From Planctomycetota bacterium (GTDB lineage Bacteria > Planctomycetota > UBA1135 > UBA2386): a stretch of DNA of 64,000 bases. Under the pieces are notes generated by a model. The model did not search any database and was not told where the DNA came from. It saw nothing but the letters and a program-made list of their open reading frames with translations. Shown here piece after piece: positions 1 through 8,364 of this stretch; the stretch's first letter is position 1, and each line of letters opens with the position of its first letter. The stretch covers positions 7,185-71,184 of the forward strand of contig DASRJH010000167.1 of assembly GCA_035649575.1 (NCBI GenBank), in the 5' to 3' direction. The position numbers and the translations under genes are program-made.

Positions 1-811
1 GAGCAGCAGGCGGAGTTGCGGGTGGAGTTGCAGGCGCGGCAGCGGGCGGAGTCGCAGGCGGTGCTGCAGGCCCGGCAGCGGGTGGTCCAGCAGGCGACGC
101 AGGCGGCTTGGCTGCGGCTGCCTTCGCGGCCGCTTCCTTGGCGGCGGCCGCGGCGGCGTCCTTCGCCTTCTTCTTCTGCTCGCGTTCGGCGTCGACGCGC
201 GCTTTGTCCCCGGGCGAGTAGTAGCCGAATCCGTACATGCCGATCAGATGCTGGCCGGCCGGGTCGATGCGGGCATCGAGCCAGGTGCGGTCCTCGGGGC
301 CGAGCTGCTCGCGCGGCAGCTGGGCCAGCTGGTGCAGCCGGGTCATGTCGGCCTCGTCGAAGTGGACGTCGATCTGCGAGCTGTTGCGCATGAACAGGAA
401 GCGCGCGCCCTCCTGTCGCGGGCTCAGTTCGAACGAGGAGGTCATCGACAGCGAGTCGGTGGGACACGCGCGCACGCAGAGCCCGCAGTAGATGCACTTG
501 CTGAGGTCGATGTCGAACCTCGACGTGTGGATCTTGTTGTTCGCGTCGCGCTCGCCCTCCATCTTGAAGCAGTCGACGGGGCAGACGATGTCGCAGGCGT
601 GGCAGACGATGCACTTCGCCGCGTCGTTGTAGAGGTGGCCGCGCTGGCGATTGCCGATCATCTCGGCGGGCTGTTCCGGGTACTGACGCGTGATCGCCGT
701 GGCGCCGCCCTGGCCGCGCAGGTTCTCGACGAGGAAGTGGCCGGTCTGGCGCAGACCCGTGAAGAACGCGCTCACGCCGTCGAAGATGTCGTTGACCCAG
801 GCGAGGATCAT
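1..811 (-). CDS. nuoI: NADH-quinone oxidoreductase subunit I (NuoI). The C-terminal end runs off the window, and it carries a long non-canonical C-terminal extension.
   Basis: Absent from the ORF track because there is no stop inside the window. Hand translation of the minus strand from the ATG at 811-809 gives MILAWVNDIFDG... It has two 4Fe-4S motifs, CIVCHACDIVCP and CIYCGLCVRACP. ATGA start/stop overlap with nuoH. The frame stays open down to position 1. Confidence 0.88.
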   Translation of the reverse strand, partial: MILAWVNDIFDGVSAFFTGLRQTGHFLVENLRGQGGATAITRQYPEQPAEMIGNRQRGHLYNDAAKCIVCHACDIVCPVDCFKMEGERDANNKIHTSRFDIDLSKCIYCGLCVRACPTDSLSMTSSFELSPRQEGARFLFMRNSSQIDVHFDEADMTRLHQLAQLPREQLGPEDRTWLDARIDPAGQHLIGMYGFGYYSPGDKARVDAEREQKKKAKDAAAAAAKEAAAKAAAAKPPASPAGPPAAGPAAPPATPPAAAPATPPATPPAA

Positions 812-2244
812 GCGCCGCCCCCGGTGAGTTGGCGCAGTGCCGGGTGCATCTGACCGTGTTTCTTGCGGGCCGCGCGCACGATCAGGACGCCGAGCAGCAG
901 CGGCACGCCCCACGCGACGAGGTGGCCGAGCACGCCGAGGTCGGGGCGTGGGCGGGCCGGCAGACGCCCGTAAGCAACTCCCGGCGTGGTGCCGCCGGCG
1001 GCCAGCATCGTCAGCGCGATGCCGAACAGCGCGACCAGGCACAGCGGCACGAGCTGCAGCCAGCACAGACGCATGACCTGGTCGACGCGCAACCTAGGCA
1101 GCGTCCACCGGATCCACATCATGAACAGGAACGTCGCGAGCATCTTCGCGACGAGGATCGCGCCGTGCACGAGCGTCTCGAGCACGACCGGCAGCGCCAT
1201 GATCCACTCTTCGCCGATCGGGCTCTGGTAACCGCCGAGGAACAGCGTCGCGACGAGGGCGCCGATCAGCAGCATCTCGGTGTACTCGGCCATCGCGAAC
1301 ATGCCCCAGCGCAGACCCGAGTACTCGGTGTTGAAGCCGCTGACGAGCTCGCTTTCCGCCTCGGCCATGTCGAACGGAGTGCGCTGGCACTCGGCGAGGC
1401 CCGCGAAGAACAGGATGGCGCCGAGCAGCAGCAGGAACGGACTCTGCAGCGCATTCCAGCCGAGCAGCGAGAAGAAGCCGGGGTGGTACTGCTGGCCAGC
1501 GATAGCGTGCAGGTCGAGCGTGCCGCTCCACAACACGACACCCGCGACCGCGAGACCGACGGGGATCTCGTAGCTGACGAGCTGGGCCACGGCGCGCATG
1601 CCGCCGAGCAGCGACCACTTGTTGCCCGAACCCCAGCCGGCCATCTTGAGCGCCATCACCGTGATGCCGGCCGCGGCGATCGCGAACAGCGCACCGACCG
1701 GCGTCTCGAGCATGACCACGTGGTGGCTGAACGGCACGACGCAGAACGGCAGGAACGAGCCGATCAGCGCGAGGTACGGCGCGAGCCGGAAGACGAGGCC
1801 ATCGGCGCCCGCCGGCACGATGTCCTCCTTGCCGAGCATCTTGACGCCGTCGGCGACGAGTTGGCCGAGGCCGAGCCGGCGCGCCATGTGCAGCACAGGC
1901 CGCACGACCGGCAGTGCACAGAAGCGCGCGAGCGCCTTGTCCTGGGCCGCGCGCGGCAGGAAGAACAGCAGCGCGCGGAACAACAGGCGCAGCGGGCCGT
2001 CGAGGCCGACCGAGTTCGGACCGTGGCGGCGCTGGATCGCGGCCGCGATCTTGCGTTCAGCGATCTGGCCCAGCGCCGCGATCGGGAACACGACCGCGAG
2101 CATCGGTGCTATCCAGACCACGAGGATCGCGACCAAGGTCGCGAACCACCCGGGCTCCGGGGTTCCCGACAGCCAGGCGGCCAGCGCGTCGACCGCGTGA
2201 CCCAACCCTGCGCCGCTCGTCGCCTGCTGGCTCGCGGGCGTCAC
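808..2244 (-). CDS. nuoH: NADH-quinone oxidoreductase subunit H (NuoH)
   Basis: Last 478 codons of ORF 808..3255. The GTG at 2244 overlaps the nuoD stop (GTGA). Motifs QRRHGPN and VADGVKMLGKED, followed by a polytopic hydrophobic protein. The upstream part of the track ORF is Arg-rich wrong-frame read-through of nuoD. Confidence 0.9.
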   Translation of the reverse strand: MTPASQQATSGAGLGHAVDALAAWLSGTPEPGWFATLVAILVVWIAPMLAVVFPIAALGQIAERKIAAAIQRRHGPNSVGLDGPLRLLFRALLFFLPRAAQDKALARFCALPVVRPVLHMARRLGLGQLVADGVKMLGKEDIVPAGADGLVFRLAPYLALIGSFLPFCVVPFSHHVVMLETPVGALFAIAAAGITVMALKMAGWGSGNKWSLLGGMRAVAQLVSYEIPVGLAVAGVVLWSGTLDLHAIAGQQYHPGFFSLLGWNALQSPFLLLLGAILFFAGLAECQRTPFDMAEAESELVSGFNTEYSGLRWGMFAMAEYTEMLLIGALVATLFLGGYQSPIGEEWIMALPVVLETLVHGAILVAKMLATFLFMMWIRWTLPRLRVDQVMRLCWLQLVPLCLVALFGIALTMLAAGGTTPGVAYGRLPARPRPDLGVLGHLVAWGVPLLLGVLIVRAARKKHGQMHPALRQLTGGGA

Positions 2245-3428
2245 CGATCGATCTCCGGGACGACGACGTCGAACGAGCCGATGATCGCGACCACGTCGGC
2301 GAGGAACGCGCCGCGCATCACCTTGTGGAAGATGCCCGCGGCCGAGAACGAACCGGTGCGCACACGGACGCGCCACGGGACCTTGGTGCCGTCGCTGACG
2401 AGGAAGTAGCCCATCTCGCCGCGCGGCGCTTCGGTGCGGCAGTGCACTTCGCCCTTCGGCGGCCTCTTGATCACCTTGGTCACGTCGGCCTGCCAGCCGC
2501 CGACGGGATCGGCCGCTTTCGCGGCCGGTGGCGGCAGGATCTTCAGGACCTCGCGGCAGAGACGCACCGACTCCTGGATCTCGAGCAGGCGCACGAGGTA
2601 CCTGTCGTAGCAGTCGCCGACGACGCCGTGCCGCCCGGCAAAGGCCTGGCCCACGGGCACACGCACGCCGAGCTTGCCATAGATGCCATACGGTTCGTCG
2701 CGGCGCAGGTCGAAGTCGACGCCGCTGCCGCGCAGGTTCGGACCGACGAGCCCCCACGCGATCGCTTCGTCGCGGCTCACGACCGCGACGCCGGCACAGC
2801 GGTCGCGAAAGATCGTGTTCGTCGTGATCAGCTTGTTGAAGCGCACCATCTCGGGCTCGAACGCGTCGAGGAACGCCGTGATCTGCTCGGCCGCGTTCTC
2901 GTACAGATCGAACGCGACGCCGCCGATCGTGACGTAGTTGTAGGTGAGCCGCTGGCCGCAGAGCCGCTCGAAGATGTCGTTGACGTGTTCGCGCTGCGCG
3001 ATGCCGTGCAGGAACGGCGTGTAGGCGCCGACGTCCATCGCCATCGCTCCGACCGCGATCAGGTGGCTGCTGATGCGGTTCAGCTCGGCCACGAGCACGC
3101 GGATGCACTCGGCGCGCTGCGGCACCGTCACCGCGGTCGTGGGGCTCGTGTTGAGCAACTGCTCGGCCGCGATGCAATACGCGAGGTTCGCGTTCATCGC
3201 GCAGACGTAGTCGACGCGGTCCGTGTAGGGCACGAACAGCGGCCACTCGACGCATTCGCCGATCTTCTCGATCGAGCGGTGCAGGTAGCCGTGGTCGGGC
3301 GTGCAGGTCTCGACGACCTCGCCATCGGTCTCGACGACGATGCGCAAGACACCGTGCGTGGCCGGATGGTGCGGCCCCATGTTGAGCGTCATGCGCTCGC
3401 CGCTCGGCGTGGTGGCTTCGATCGTCAC
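2241..3428 (-). CDS. nuoD: NADH-quinone oxidoreductase subunit D (NuoD, 49 kDa)
   Basis: ORF 2241..3758 from residue 111 onward: VTIEATTPSGERMTLNMGPHHPATHGVLRIVVETDGEVV... The GTG at 3428 overlaps the nuoC stop (GTGA). Confidence 0.94.
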   Translation of the reverse strand: MTIEATTPSGERMTLNMGPHHPATHGVLRIVVETDGEVVETCTPDHGYLHRSIEKIGECVEWPLFVPYTDRVDYVCAMNANLAYCIAAEQLLNTSPTTAVTVPQRAECIRVLVAELNRISSHLIAVGAMAMDVGAYTPFLHGIAQREHVNDIFERLCGQRLTYNYVTIGGVAFDLYENAAEQITAFLDAFEPEMVRFNKLITTNTIFRDRCAGVAVVSRDEAIAWGLVGPNLRGSGVDFDLRRDEPYGIYGKLGVRVPVGQAFAGRHGVVGDCYDRYLVRLLEIQESVRLCREVLKILPPPAAKAADPVGGWQADVTKVIKRPPKGEVHCRTEAPRGEMGYFLVSDGTKVPWRVRVRTGSFSAAGIFHKVMRGAFLADVVAIIGSFDVVVPEIDR

Positions 3429-4006
3429 GGCGTGCTCTTCTTCGGGGCCGGGGCGACCGCCGGGATGCCGGGGCGCGCGGGCACGTGTTCGAAGTGCTGG
3501 CCGTCGCGCAGGTGCGGAACGCCGTGGTAGTCGACGGGGTAGAGGTAGTCCTTGCGCAGCGGATGGCCGGTCCAGTCGTCGGGACTCATGATGCGCTTCT
3601 GGCTCGGGTGACCTTCGAAGTGCACGCCGAGCAGGTCCCAGACTTCCCGTTCGAAGTAGAGTGCCGCGGGCCAGATCGAACTCGCGGTGGGTACGCGGCA
3701 GTCTGCGCGCGGGGCCAGCACCTTGACGGTCGTCTTGTGCCGGTGCACGTGGCTCCACAGCAGGTAGACGACGACGATCGCGTCGCTCGGCGGCACCATG
3801 GGGTACTTGAGCAGGTCGTATCCCGTCAGATCCATGAGCGTGTCGAAGCGCAGGTCGCGTTCAGAGCACAGGAACCGCAGCACCTGCTGCAGGTCGCCAG
3901 GCGCCACCTGCAGGAACGGCCTGCCGTTCTCGGTTGCGAGCGGCTGGACCTGCGGGAACGCCGCGCGCGTGCGCTGGCCGATCACCTCCGCGGTGAGCGC
4001 GCTCAT
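3425..4006 (-). CDS. nuoC: NADH-quinone oxidoreductase subunit C (NuoC, 30 kDa)
   Basis: ORF 3425..4174 from the internal Met: MSALTAEVIGQ...ALYFEREVWDLLGVHFEGHP. The ATG at 4006 overlaps the nuoB stop (ATGA). Confidence 0.9.
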   Translation of the reverse strand: MSALTAEVIGQRTRAAFPQVQPLATENGRPFLQVAPGDLQQVLRFLCSERDLRFDTLMDLTGYDLLKYPMVPPSDAIVVVYLLWSHVHRHKTTVKVLAPRADCRVPTASSIWPAALYFEREVWDLLGVHFEGHPSQKRIMSPDDWTGHPLRKDYLYPVDYHGVPHLRDGQHFEHVPARPGIPAVAPAPKKSTP

Positions 4007-4632
4007 GGGGCTTGCTCCGGCGGCTTGTCCTTTTCCGCGTGGCTGCCGAACGGAGCATCGGCACCAGCGACGATGTGCGGCGTGGTCGAGCGATGGCCGA
4101 AAGTGCGGTAGATGCGTACGCGTTCGCGCAGCGCCATGACGCCGTCGATCAGCGCTTCGGGTCGCGGCGGACAACCCGGGATGTAGATGTCAACCGGCAC
4201 GTACTTGTCGATGCCGTTCAACACCGAGTAGCTCCACTTGCTGAACGGGCCGCCGCTGTTGGCGCAGCTGCCCATGCTGACGACCCAGCGCGGCTCCGTC
4301 ATCTGCTCCCAGAGCGTGCGCACGCGCCCCGCCATCTTGTGGGTGATCGTGCCCGCGACGATCATCAGGTCGGCTTGTCGCGGCGTCGCGCGAGGGATCA
4401 TGCCGAGCCGGTCGATGTCGTAGCGCGGGCCACCGGCCTGCATCAGCTCGATGCCGCAGCACGCCGTCGCGAACAGCAGGTAGAACAGCGAGTTCTCCTT
4501 GCCCCACGCCAGGAACTCGTCGACCGCGGCGAGCTGTACCTGCTCGTCCTGCCGGTTGCCGGGCTTCTGGTTGCCGGGAGTCTGGGTCGGGTCGCGCGGC
4601 GCTTGCGGAGCGGGTGTGATCGGTTCAGCCAC
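4003..4632 (-). CDS. nuoB: NADH-quinone oxidoreductase subunit B (NuoB, 20 kDa)
   Basis: 209-aa ORF with the N2 cluster-binding pattern: ATACCGIEL, SMGSCANSGGPF, PGCPPRPEAL. Confidence 0.95.
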   Translation of the reverse strand: MAEPITPAPQAPRDPTQTPGNQKPGNRQDEQVQLAAVDEFLAWGKENSLFYLLFATACCGIELMQAGGPRYDIDRLGMIPRATPRQADLMIVAGTITHKMAGRVRTLWEQMTEPRWVVSMGSCANSGGPFSKWSYSVLNGIDKYVPVDIYIPGCPPRPEALIDGVMALRERVRIYRTFGHRSTTPHIVAGADAPFGSHAEKDKPPEQAP

Positions 4633-5107
4633 GGCGCACCTCCGGTGCCCTCGCGCTGCTGCGGTCCCAGACGAAGCCGCCGACGGCCGCGACCCACATG
4701 AGCCCGATCGCTAGCGAACCCACGAACGCGAGGATCTCGAAGAACACCAGCGAACCGCGGCCCGCGCCGAGCCAGTCGAGGCACCGCGGCAGGATCGGCC
4801 ACAACAGCGCGAGCTCGGCGTCGAACACGAGGAACGTCAGCGCGACGGTCGTGAAGCGGTTGTTGAAGCGGAACCAGGCCGAGCCGACCGGCTCCTCGCC
4901 GCATTCGTAGGTGGTCAGGCGCTCGGACGAATCGCGGATGCGGTCGAAGACGCGCGTGACCAGGCGCACCACGAGCAACGCGCCGCCGACGACGGCGAAC
5001 GCGAGGGCTCCGACCACGGCGACGCTGGCCCAGGCGCCGTAGGCACCCTCGGCGTCGAGGGTGGCGATCGTGCCGACGGTCGGTTGCCAGACGGAGTGAA
5101 CGTGCAT
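4625..5107 (-). CDS. nuoA: NADH-quinone oxidoreductase subunit A (NuoA)
   Basis: 160-aa ORF with three hydrophobic segments and YECGEEP...FLVFDAELALLWP. It overlaps the nuoB start by 8 nt. The exact start is uncertain. Confidence 0.85.
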   Translation of the reverse strand: MHVHSVWQPTVGTIATLDAEGAYGAWASVAVVGALAFAVVGGALLVVRLVTRVFDRIRDSSERLTTYECGEEPVGSAWFRFNNRFTTVALTFLVFDAELALLWPILPRCLDWLGAGRGSLVFFEILAFVGSLAIGLMWVAAVGGFVWDRSSARAPEVRRG

Positions 5108-5165
5108 TTCGGGCCGATGATTGTTCGCAACGAGCGGACAAAGTCAAAGAGCAAAGAGCAGACGC
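5108..5165 (-). promoter_or_regulatory. Relatively AT-rich leader/promoter region upstream of nuoA
   Basis: The least GC-rich stretch I noticed. On the minus strand it has a tandem CTCTTTG CTCTTTG ACTTTG and a TTGACT -35-like hexamer (5142-5147). The -10 candidate ACAATC, 17 nt downstream, is poor. No promoter model was run. Confidence 0.25.
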
Positions 5166-5440
5166 CTAAACGAGCGTGGCAAGCAGCGCCACCGCCGGCG
5201 CCACGCGGATCCCGTCCGGCGTCCGGTAGTCCTTGCTCCCCGTTGCGTGCACCTGCCGCGCCGCGCAGTCGGGGAAGCGCTCGTGCATGGCGCGCAGGCT
5301 GCGATCCACCTCGTCGTCGCCGAGCTTCGCCTCGACGAGCAGCACGGGGCGGCGCCTTTCCACGACGACGAAGTCGACCTCGCGGCCATCGCGGTCGCGG
5401 AAGCCGCGGCTATTCTCGCATGGTGGCTGGTTCAGCCGGA
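5166..5440 (-). pseudogene. C-terminal remnant of a DUF4143-type AAA ATPase (the N-terminal ATPase part is missing)
   Basis: Hand extension of ORF 5166..5363 gives ...ENSRGFRDRDGREVDFVVVERRRPVLLVEAKLGDDEV... This resembles the (W/F)RxxxGxEVDFV...EVK end of DUF4143 proteins. Upstream, the frame runs into the 3' end of the M14 gene, leaving no room for an ATPase domain. Confidence 0.4.
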
Positions 5441-5454
5441 GTCGCAGTCGGGAC

Positions 5455-7029
5455 TCACTCGACGAGCCGCAGCACCGGATAGAAGTCCGCCGTCTGGCTC
5501 TCGAAGAAGTTCCACGACGATAACGAGTCTTCGCTCTGTGGCTCGAGCAACTGCGCCGCGAGCCTCGCGAGCGGCTGGCGCGCGGTGATGACGATCGCGC
5601 CCTTGCCCAGCTCGACCGGGGCTGATGGCTGCCACTGGCCGTCGAGCATGAGCTCCTGATGCCCTTGATAGGGGCGCTTTGGTTTCCTCTTCGCGGTCAC
5701 GGCGAATCGTTCGGCGATCACACTGCGGCCCGCGTCGAGCTGCTGGAACTGGATGCCGTGGCGCCGCAGCCGCTCGACGACCTCCGGCGTCGGCTCCGCG
5801 ATGGCCCAGGCCTGCGGCAACGCGAGCTGCTTCTGCGCGCGGAACGAACGGCACACGGGCATCGTCTCGGGCACGCCGTCGCCCTTGCGCACGAAGCGGT
5901 GTGTGCCTTCGCCGGTGGCCTCGATGCGATCCGCTTCGCCGACGAGCACGGGCAGCTTCTCGACCTCGCCGTATGTCGTGTCGAAGCCGAAGGACACCGG
6001 TTGCGCGGGTTTGACGAGGCGGCGGTCGGCGGCCGCGCACGTACCGAGCACCTGGTCCGCGGACCGCGCGAGACCATCGAGCAGGCACAACACGAACGCA
6101 CGCGTCGCCGCGATGCGCGTCGCGAAGTCGCAGTAGCTGTAGGCCTCGCTGAGGATGCCGATGCGGTTGCGCAGGCCGAAGTAGTTGACGCCGTAGCGCG
6201 CGCGGTGGTCGTAGGAGTACCAGCCGCGCACGCCTTGCGGCGATTCGGGCGCTCCGCCGCCGTCCCAGTCGTGGGTCTCGAAGTTGCCGTAGTCGAACGT
6301 CGCGAACTTGTGTTGGTCCTTCATCGCGACCGTCGCCGCGTCGAGCATGGCGCGCGACAGACGCGCGACCTCCGGGTCCACGTTCGGCGACAGGCTCGGC
6401 GCGTAGGTCAGGTGGTAGCCGTGGAAGGAGCCGTTCGTCGTGTGCAGGTCGACGAACAGGTGCGGATCGATCTCGGCGAACAAGCCCACGAGCGTGCGCG
6501 TCTCGGGCGCGTCGAGCTTCACGAAATCGCGGTTGAGGTCGAGGCCCTTGGCGTTGGCGCGCTGCCCCGTGATCTCTGGTCCGTTCTGGCCGGGGCGGTT
6601 CTTCGGACCGACCGCTTCGTTGCCGTCGACGTTGTAGATCGGCAGGAACCAGATCTCGCAGCGCTGCAGCAGGTCTTCGTGCTCGCCGTTCGCGAACTCG
6701 CGCAGCAGCAGCTGCAGCGCTTCCTTGCCCTCGACTTCGCCCGCGTGGATGTTGCCGATCACGAGGGCCCGCACGCGCTTCACGTCCGCAAGCCGCAGCG
6801 CAACCTTGACCAGCAGCTGTGAGCGGTCCTGCGTCGTCTTGCCGGCGACGCGCACCGCGAGCCGGGCGCTGTGTGGCAGCTTCCGCAGGGCCTCGCAGAA
6901 CGACTCGACGTCGGCGGCGCGCGAGGTGGCGGTGTGGCCCGTGGCCTCGGGCACGGTCTTTGGCTCGGGGGGTGCCTGGGCCGCCAGCAACGAGCAGAGA
7001 GCGAACGCCGGGAACTGCATGCAGCGCAT
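5455..7029 (-). CDS. Secreted M14-family zinc carboxypeptidase
   Basis: 524-aa ORF. Signal-peptide-like N-terminus (FPAFALCSLLAAQA). Zinc-ligand pattern GNIHAGEVEG, plus NRDF and DLHTTNG. Confidence 0.88.
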   Translation of the reverse strand: MRCMQFPAFALCSLLAAQAPPEPKTVPEATGHTATSRAADVESFCEALRKLPHSARLAVRVAGKTTQDRSQLLVKVALRLADVKRVRALVIGNIHAGEVEGKEALQLLLREFANGEHEDLLQRCEIWFLPIYNVDGNEAVGPKNRPGQNGPEITGQRANAKGLDLNRDFVKLDAPETRTLVGLFAEIDPHLFVDLHTTNGSFHGYHLTYAPSLSPNVDPEVARLSRAMLDAATVAMKDQHKFATFDYGNFETHDWDGGGAPESPQGVRGWYSYDHRARYGVNYFGLRNRIGILSEAYSYCDFATRIAATRAFVLCLLDGLARSADQVLGTCAAADRRLVKPAQPVSFGFDTTYGEVEKLPVLVGEADRIEATGEGTHRFVRKGDGVPETMPVCRSFRAQKQLALPQAWAIAEPTPEVVERLRRHGIQFQQLDAGRSVIAERFAVTAKRKPKRPYQGHQELMLDGQWQPSAPVELGKGAIVITARQPLARLAAQLLEPQSEDSLSSWNFFESQTADFYPVLRLVE

Positions 7030-7106
7030 GCGGGAGTCGTACGCACGAAGCTCCTCGATAGCCAGGGGGGCAGGTAGGCTGCGCAGCAGACCTGTCCGCG
7101 AACCTC

Positions 7107-7715
7107 GTGAGCGATTCCCCTGGCAAGCCTGCCGTGCCCGTCGTGATCCGCCTCGGCGATCAGCCGATCACGCGTTGGCGGAACGGCGGTGGCTCGACGC
7201 GACAGATCGCGATCGATCCCCCAGGAGCAGGCCTGGCCTCGGAGTTCCGCTGGCGCGTGAGCCGCGCGCAGGTCGCGAGCGACGGTCCGTTCTCGGTCCT
7301 GCCCGGCGTCGATCGTTCGCTCTGGCTGCTGCGCGGCAACGGCATGCGGCTCGACGTCGGCGGATCCGACGTCGTGATCGACCGCGTATGGCAGCGCTTC
7401 GACTTCGCGGGCGAGGCGACCGTCATGGCGCGTCTGCTCGACGGACCGTGCGAAGACCTCAACGTGATGACGGCGCGCGGCAAGGTCGCCGCGGATGCGC
7501 GTGTCGTTACGGTGCTGTCGCAGCAGAGCCTCGAAGTGCCGGCGGCGGCGCAGCGGCTCGTGGTCGTGCTGGTGGGGACGGTGGACGCAGAGCGTGGGTG
7601 CGTGCTCGGCGGGGGGGATGCCCTACGGCTCGACGGCCCCGGCGAGCTGAGCGTGAGGTCGATGGCGGAGCCTGCTCGATTGCTCGTGGTCCGCTTCGCT
7701 GCACTCGCAGGCTGA
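7107..7715 (+). CDS. hutD: HutD/Ves-family protein
   Basis: 202-aa ORF with the characteristic TRWRNGGGSTRQI motif near the N-terminus. Size fits the cupin-like family. Confidence 0.78.
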   Translation: MSDSPGKPAVPVVIRLGDQPITRWRNGGGSTRQIAIDPPGAGLASEFRWRVSRAQVASDGPFSVLPGVDRSLWLLRGNGMRLDVGGSDVVIDRVWQRFDFAGEATVMARLLDGPCEDLNVMTARGKVAADARVVTVLSQQSLEVPAAAQRLVVVLVGTVDAERGCVLGGGDALRLDGPGELSVRSMAEPARLLVVRFAALAG

Positions 7716-7736
7716 GCGGCGCATCAGGGCGCGCGC

Positions 7737-8240
7737 TCAGAGGCCGAGGACCAGCAGAGCGGCGTCCGAAGTCGGCAGCGCATCGAACGTGCATGGCGGG
7801 ATGATCCCGCATTGCACGACGGTAGCGAACCACTGCGCGTAGGCGGTGAAGCCGATCAAGCCGGGAATGTTCGGCACGGCGATGTTCACCTGGGTCGCGA
7901 ACGGCCCCGTCGGCGTGGGCAGCATGACCTCGATGAGCAGCGGCATGACCCACACGGTGCAACCTGCGGGCTGCAGCGGCAGGATGCTCGGTGGGATCGG
8001 CGTGGCGTCCGGCGCGAACCCGAGGGCCAACGCCGGCTGGATCGTGAGCGTCGAATGGAAGTTCGGCCCCGAGTAGGTGATCGTGAACGTCGTGCCGAGC
8101 TGGGGCAGTCCCTGGACGCCGATGGCCAGGTTCTGGCCCGCGTAGGCGCAACCGGTGCCGTAGAACGACACGCCGGCGGCCTGGGCCGGGAGCAGCGGGA
8201 CGGCGGTCGACAACAGAGTCGCGAGGAGCAGGATTCGCAT
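7737..8240 (-). CDS. Small secreted protein of unknown function (beta-rich module)
   Basis: 167-aa ORF. Signal peptide MRILLLATLLSTAVPLLPAQAAG, followed by YGTGC...GLPQLGTTFTI...PNIPGLIGFTAYAQW. It shares a pattern with the C-terminus of the amidase protein at 56089..59058. Confidence 0.6.
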   Translation of the reverse strand: MRILLLATLLSTAVPLLPAQAAGVSFYGTGCAYAGQNLAIGVQGLPQLGTTFTITYSGPNFHSTLTIQPALALGFAPDATPIPPSILPLQPAGCTVWVMPLLIEVMLPTPTGPFATQVNIAVPNIPGLIGFTAYAQWFATVVQCGIIPPCTFDALPTSDAALLVLGL

Positions 8241-8364
8241 AACGTGGTGCCTCCGGTGGTGGAATAGCGAAGCCTACCCGCCCAGTTGCACACGGTGGAC
8301 GATTTCCCGCGCGCGGGCGGAACGGGCGGGCATCGGGATCGCGTCTCGTGCTAGCGTCCGGCCA

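Noticed and set aside
1-200. Repetitive-looking GC-rich DNA at the left edge (GCAGGCG/GCGG repeats), considered as a tandem repeat element
   Set aside because: It is the coding sequence for the Ala/Pro/Lys low-complexity tail of NuoI on the minus strand. The repeats are imperfect and codon-phased.
2245-3255. Very long N-terminal extensions of track ORFs, for example 808..3255, 2241..3758, 29220..32312, 30716..33523, 59164..62076 and 59863..62697
   Set aside because: The upstream parts are wrong-frame read-through of neighbouring genes (Arg-rich, no motifs). I used internal starts that coincide with the upstream gene's stop (ATGA/GTGA) or precede signal peptides.
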